A model generated the notes under the pieces. The model did no database searches, had not been told where the DNA came from, and saw only the letters and a list, made by a program, of their open reading frames with translations. A program made the translations under genes and the position numbers. Shown here in pieces: positions 60,413-64,000 of a DNA stretch of 64,000 bases (its first letter is position 1; each line of letters starts with the position of its first letter). The DNA comes from Candidatus Sulfomarinibacteraceae bacterium (GTDB lineage: Bacteria > Acidobacteriota > Thermoanaerobaculia > Thermoanaerobaculales > Sulfomarinibacteraceae): NCBI GenBank assembly GCA_963796455.1, contig CAWCLO010000001.1, positions 352,001 to 416,000 on the forward strand, given 5' to 3'.

Positions 60413-60444
60413 CGCGTTAGTTCTTTGGCGTACTGACGCTATTG

Positions 60445-60527
60445 CGTTTCCGTGGGGGTGCCCTTCGTCAAATGGGCTGAGATCACACCCCTCGAACCTG
60501 ATCCGGGTCATGCCGGCGGAGGAAATG
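60445..60527 (+). ncRNA. TPP riboswitch
   Basis: GGGGTGC...GGCTGAGA...ACCC...GAACCTGATCCGGGTCATGCCGGCGGAGGAA; P1 TTTCC/GGAAA. Confidence 0.92.
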
Positions 60528-60613
60528 GAGACGCCCACCCCCTTGCCGTGGCGCATTTGGAGCGGGCATCCCTTTTGTACCGGCCCACCCAAAGTATTCG
60601 GAGCTACGGACCC

Positions 60614-63049
60614 ATGAAAATACTCATCGTGCCGCTGATCGTCTTGACGATGCTGCCACTCACCGTCGACGCTGCCGACCTACCCGGCAAGCTGGTGGAT
60701 GCAACGACCAATATTCCGATCGCCGGGATCGAGGTCCTCGCCACAGCAGCGGGGGTCGACCTCCGGGCGACGACAGACGAGACGGGCTCCTTCGTCCTTT
60801 CGCTGCCCGATCCGCCTCCCACCAGCCTCAGGGTGCACATCGACATCCCCGGCTATCAGCCCATCGACCTCAATGTCACCGATGTATCCACCACCCGATT
60901 GCTCTCACTGCAGGCGCAGCAGATTTTCGCCGGCGAAGTCGAGGTGACCGGTCTCCGGGCCGATGCCGGCGACACGCCGATCACGGTCACCGATGTGGAT
61001 CGCGAAGAAATCGAGAGCCTCTATTGGGCCCAGGACGTGCCGGTTTTTCTCCAGTCCACGCCGAGCTTCTACGCCTACAACGATTCCGGCAACGGAATCG
61101 GTTACTCCTATTTCTTCCTTCGTTCCTTCGACATGCGGCGAACCGCGGTGAGCCTCAACGGAGTTCCACTCAACGACGCCCATTCGCACGGTCTTTTTTT
61201 TATCGATCTCGCCGACTTTCTGGCCACCACCGACAATGTCCAGATCCAGAGGGGCGTCGGCACCAACCTTTACGGTGGTAGCGCGATCGGCGGATCTATC
61301 GATCTGCAGACCAGTGAGCCATCTGCCGAGCGACGGCTGCGGCTGGTGACTCTGGGCGGGTCCTTCGGCACATCCCGCCTCAGCCTCGCCTTCGACACCG
61401 GCATGCTCAACGACCGTTGGGCTGCGACTTTCAGGTACTCGAAGGTTCAGAGCGACGGCTACCGCGACCAGTCTTGGGTCGATATGTGGAACTACTTTGG
61501 CTCCGTCACCAGGTATGGCGAAAAAACGACCCTGCGCATCAACCTTTTCGGCGGGCCGCAGGAGACCCACCTCGCCTTCGAGGGCATCACGAAGGAATAC
61601 CTCAACGGACAGGTCACCGGCGATGTCCGGAACGACCGGCGGTACAACCCCCTCGAGTACGCGGGAGAAATCGACAGCTTTTTTCAACCTCACTACCAGG
61701 TCGTCCACGACTGGCAGGTCAACCAGGATCTCGTTTTTCGAAATACCCTCTTCTACTTCACGGGCGACGGGTACTTCCAACAGTTCAAACAAGACCGCTG
61801 GTTCCCTGAATACGGTTTGCAGCCATTTCCCGGGCCCGACGGCGAAATCATTGACGCCACCGATCTGATCAGGCGCCGCGAGGTCGACGAGTGGGACGGC
61901 GGTTGGATCCCGAATCTGGAATGGCGCCACGGAAACGGCCGGGGCTCTCTGCAATTCGGCGCCGCCATCAGGCTCCACAGCGGGCGCCATTTCGGTTCCG
62001 TTCAATGGGCTCAGTTCTATCCTCCGGATCTGGCGCCGGACCACCACTACTACGACTACATGCTCGACAAGACCACTGTGCAGCCGTTCGTCCAGGAGAA
62101 TTGGCGTTTCAACGAACGCTGGAACCTGCTCGCCGGGATGACCTGGACGTCGCACAAATATGACATGCACGACGACCGGATCAACGATGTCGAATTCGAA
62201 CAGTCCTACCAGTACCTCCTGCCGCGCCTCGGACTCGCTTTCCACCCGGATGCCAACTGGAGCCTCTACGGCAACATCTCGCGTGGCGGTCGAGAACCCG
62301 CCTTCCGCGATATCTACGATCCGCAGAGCTATTGGACGCCGCCGCCGCAGGACATCGACCCCGAACGGCTGACCGACTACGAACTCGGCGCCAGCTATCG
62401 GTGGCAGACCGGAGCCGCGACACTCAATTTCTTCTATCTCGATTTTTCGAACGCTATCGTCTGGGCCGGCGGGCTCGACAACAACGGTGATCCAGTGACA
62501 GCCAATGGGGCGGTGACCGAGCACAAAGGTGTCGAGTTCGATCTCGACTGGTCACCTCTCCCACGCTTCAGCGGCAAACTGTCGATGGCCTGGGCCGACA
62601 ACACGATCGTGGATTTCACCGAGTTCGGCTATGGCGGCGAGTTCTTCGACCACTCGGGCAATTCACTCCCCGTAAGCCCCGAATGGATGGGCACCCTCGA
62701 AATCCGCGGCGGCGCAGGACCGGTGGACGGTTTTCTCCAGCTGCGTTTCGTCGACGAGTTCTTCCTCGACAACACCGAGGACATGCGGAAGTTCCCCGAA
62801 ATCCGCGACGACCCGGATTACATCCATCGCGTCAACCCGGCTTACACGGTGCTCGATCTCGGGCTCGAAGTCGATCTGGGGCGAACGGTCGCCCATCTCA
62901 TCAGCGCCCGACGAGTCAGTCTTCAGGTTCGCGCCAACAATCTGACCGACAAGCTCTATACGACCTTTGGTTACTTCGACGGCTATCAGCCGGTGTGGAT
63001 ACCGGCAGCGACCCGCAACGGCTATCTCGGTTTGACCTTCGATTGGTGA
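60614..63049 (+). CDS. TonB-dependent receptor, probably thiamine uptake
   Basis: Signal peptide, plug NGVPLND...QRGVG, C-terminal LTFDW; TPP riboswitch upstream. Confidence 0.9.
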   Translation: MKILIVPLIVLTMLPLTVDAADLPGKLVDATTNIPIAGIEVLATAAGVDLRATTDETGSFVLSLPDPPPTSLRVHIDIPGYQPIDLNVTDVSTTRLLSLQAQQIFAGEVEVTGLRADAGDTPITVTDVDREEIESLYWAQDVPVFLQSTPSFYAYNDSGNGIGYSYFFLRSFDMRRTAVSLNGVPLNDAHSHGLFFIDLADFLATTDNVQIQRGVGTNLYGGSAIGGSIDLQTSEPSAERRLRLVTLGGSFGTSRLSLAFDTGMLNDRWAATFRYSKVQSDGYRDQSWVDMWNYFGSVTRYGEKTTLRINLFGGPQETHLAFEGITKEYLNGQVTGDVRNDRRYNPLEYAGEIDSFFQPHYQVVHDWQVNQDLVFRNTLFYFTGDGYFQQFKQDRWFPEYGLQPFPGPDGEIIDATDLIRRREVDEWDGGWIPNLEWRHGNGRGSLQFGAAIRLHSGRHFGSVQWAQFYPPDLAPDHHYYDYMLDKTTVQPFVQENWRFNERWNLLAGMTWTSHKYDMHDDRINDVEFEQSYQYLLPRLGLAFHPDANWSLYGNISRGGREPAFRDIYDPQSYWTPPPQDIDPERLTDYELGASYRWQTGAATLNFFYLDFSNAIVWAGGLDNNGDPVTANGAVTEHKGVEFDLDWSPLPRFSGKLSMAWADNTIVDFTEFGYGGEFFDHSGNSLPVSPEWMGTLEIRGGAGPVDGFLQLRFVDEFFLDNTEDMRKFPEIRDDPDYIHRVNPAYTVLDLGLEVDLGRTVAHLISARRVSLQVRANNLTDKLYTTFGYFDGYQPVWIPAATRNGYLGLTFDW

Positions 63050-63138
63050 CCCAAATGGCCGAGAATCCGATTGCCGCAGTGCGACATGCCGCAGCTTGAC
63101 GGAACAGGTAAGCTAGCTCCCATGTCGTGGAGCGGCGC

Positions 63139-63828
63139 ATGATCAAGTCTATTATCACCTTCTCTCTCTTGGTGACGATCCGGATCTCGAGCCGGGTCTT
63201 TTTCAAGCTCAAGAACGCGTGGCCGGTGACTCCCGAGCCGGAGGACTACGCCAAGGGCACGAGAATCATCGCGGTGCTCAATCACACCAGCCTTTACGAA
63301 CCGGTGATCGCCGGATACGCACCCTACAATCTGCTGTGGAAGTTCGCCCGCCACGGCGTCCTTCCGGTGGCCGAAAAGACCATGAAACGCAGGATCGGGA
63401 TTTTCTTTGCATTCCTGGTCCGGCACACTGTTGTCGTCACCCGCCAGCGCGATCACACCTGGGACAACGTGCTCAACAAGGCAGATGACAAATCGATCGT
63501 GATCATCCTCCCCGAGGGCCGGATGAAGAGGGCCAATGGCCTCGATTCCAAAGGCCGCGAGATGACGGTCCGTGGAGGCATCGCGGACATCCTCGAGCCC
63601 CTGCAGAAGGGCCGAATGCTGTTTGTCTACTCGGGCGGACTGCACCACATCCAGGTTCCCGGCGAACTCCTCCCGACACCCTTCAAGACCATCAGCGTAC
63701 AAATGGAGTTTGTCGACATCGCCGAGTACAAAGAAAGCCTGAAAACCCTCTATCCCGATATGGATTTCCGCAAGGCCGTAATCACGGACTTCACCAAACG
63801 GCGTGACAAGTACTGTCCGACCAACTGA
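63139..63828 (+). CDS. PlsC-family acyltransferase
   Basis: NHTSLYE, LPEGR. Confidence 0.8.
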   Translation: MIKSIITFSLLVTIRISSRVFFKLKNAWPVTPEPEDYAKGTRIIAVLNHTSLYEPVIAGYAPYNLLWKFARHGVLPVAEKTMKRRIGIFFAFLVRHTVVVTRQRDHTWDNVLNKADDKSIVIILPEGRMKRANGLDSKGREMTVRGGIADILEPLQKGRMLFVYSGGLHHIQVPGELLPTPFKTISVQMEFVDIAEYKESLKTLYPDMDFRKAVITDFTKRRDKYCPTN

Positions 63829-63864
63829 ATCTACTCCTGACTCGAGAACAGCGGTCGCAAATCA

Positions 63865-64000
63865 TCACAATTTGCCGTTCAGCCGCGCCAGGAACAATGT
63901 CGCGATCGTTTTGCTGTCGCGAATCAATCCGTTACGGCAGGCCTCGAGCGCCTCCTCCACGGTCATGGTAACGATCTCGATCGCCTCGTCCGGGTCGGGC
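63865..64000 (-). CDS. NUDIX hydrolase (ADP-ribose pyrophosphatase-like), C-terminal part
   Basis: PDPDEAIEIV...G LIRDSKT. Confidence 0.75.
   Translation of the reverse strand, partial: PDPDEAIEIVTMTVEEALEACRNGLIRDSKTIATLFLARLNGKL

Overview
GC-rich bacterial chromosomal window. The gene content (Ser/Thr kinase-TPR, 'DGFE'-like C-terminus, eukaryote-type citrate synthase) suggests an anaerobic Acidobacteriota, possibly Thermoanaerobaculia; this is an inference. It contains an M16 peptidase, a GrdB/PrdB-family selenoprotein missed by the ORF track (in-frame UGA plus SECIS-like hairpin), yhaON, and a hydrogenase-2-type [NiFe] cluster (hybOABC, hybD, hypABFCDE with frameshifted hypE, plus a Ni transporter). 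It also has an AGCS symporter, aldehyde dehydrogenase, patatin, an SDR, a sigma54 two-component system with its own -24/-12 promoters, a MinD/FlhG ATPase with an HTH partner, and citrate synthase. Further on are an FHA-cNMP-AAA-FeS membrane protein, large secreted repeat proteins, a frameshifted Ser/Thr kinase, a sugar transferase, a TPP riboswitch ahead of a TonB receptor, an acyltransferase and a partial NUDIX gene. The most striking feature is a transposase-free element family with five intergenic copies. Each has ~22-bp imperfect terminal inverted repeats and inverted CAGCGN arms around a variable cargo: a four-helix-bundle gene under an anti-SD hairpin, the same truncated cassette in either orientation, or a REP-like doublet. 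The copies sit among nested 6-, 7-, 8- and 9-mer repeat islands.
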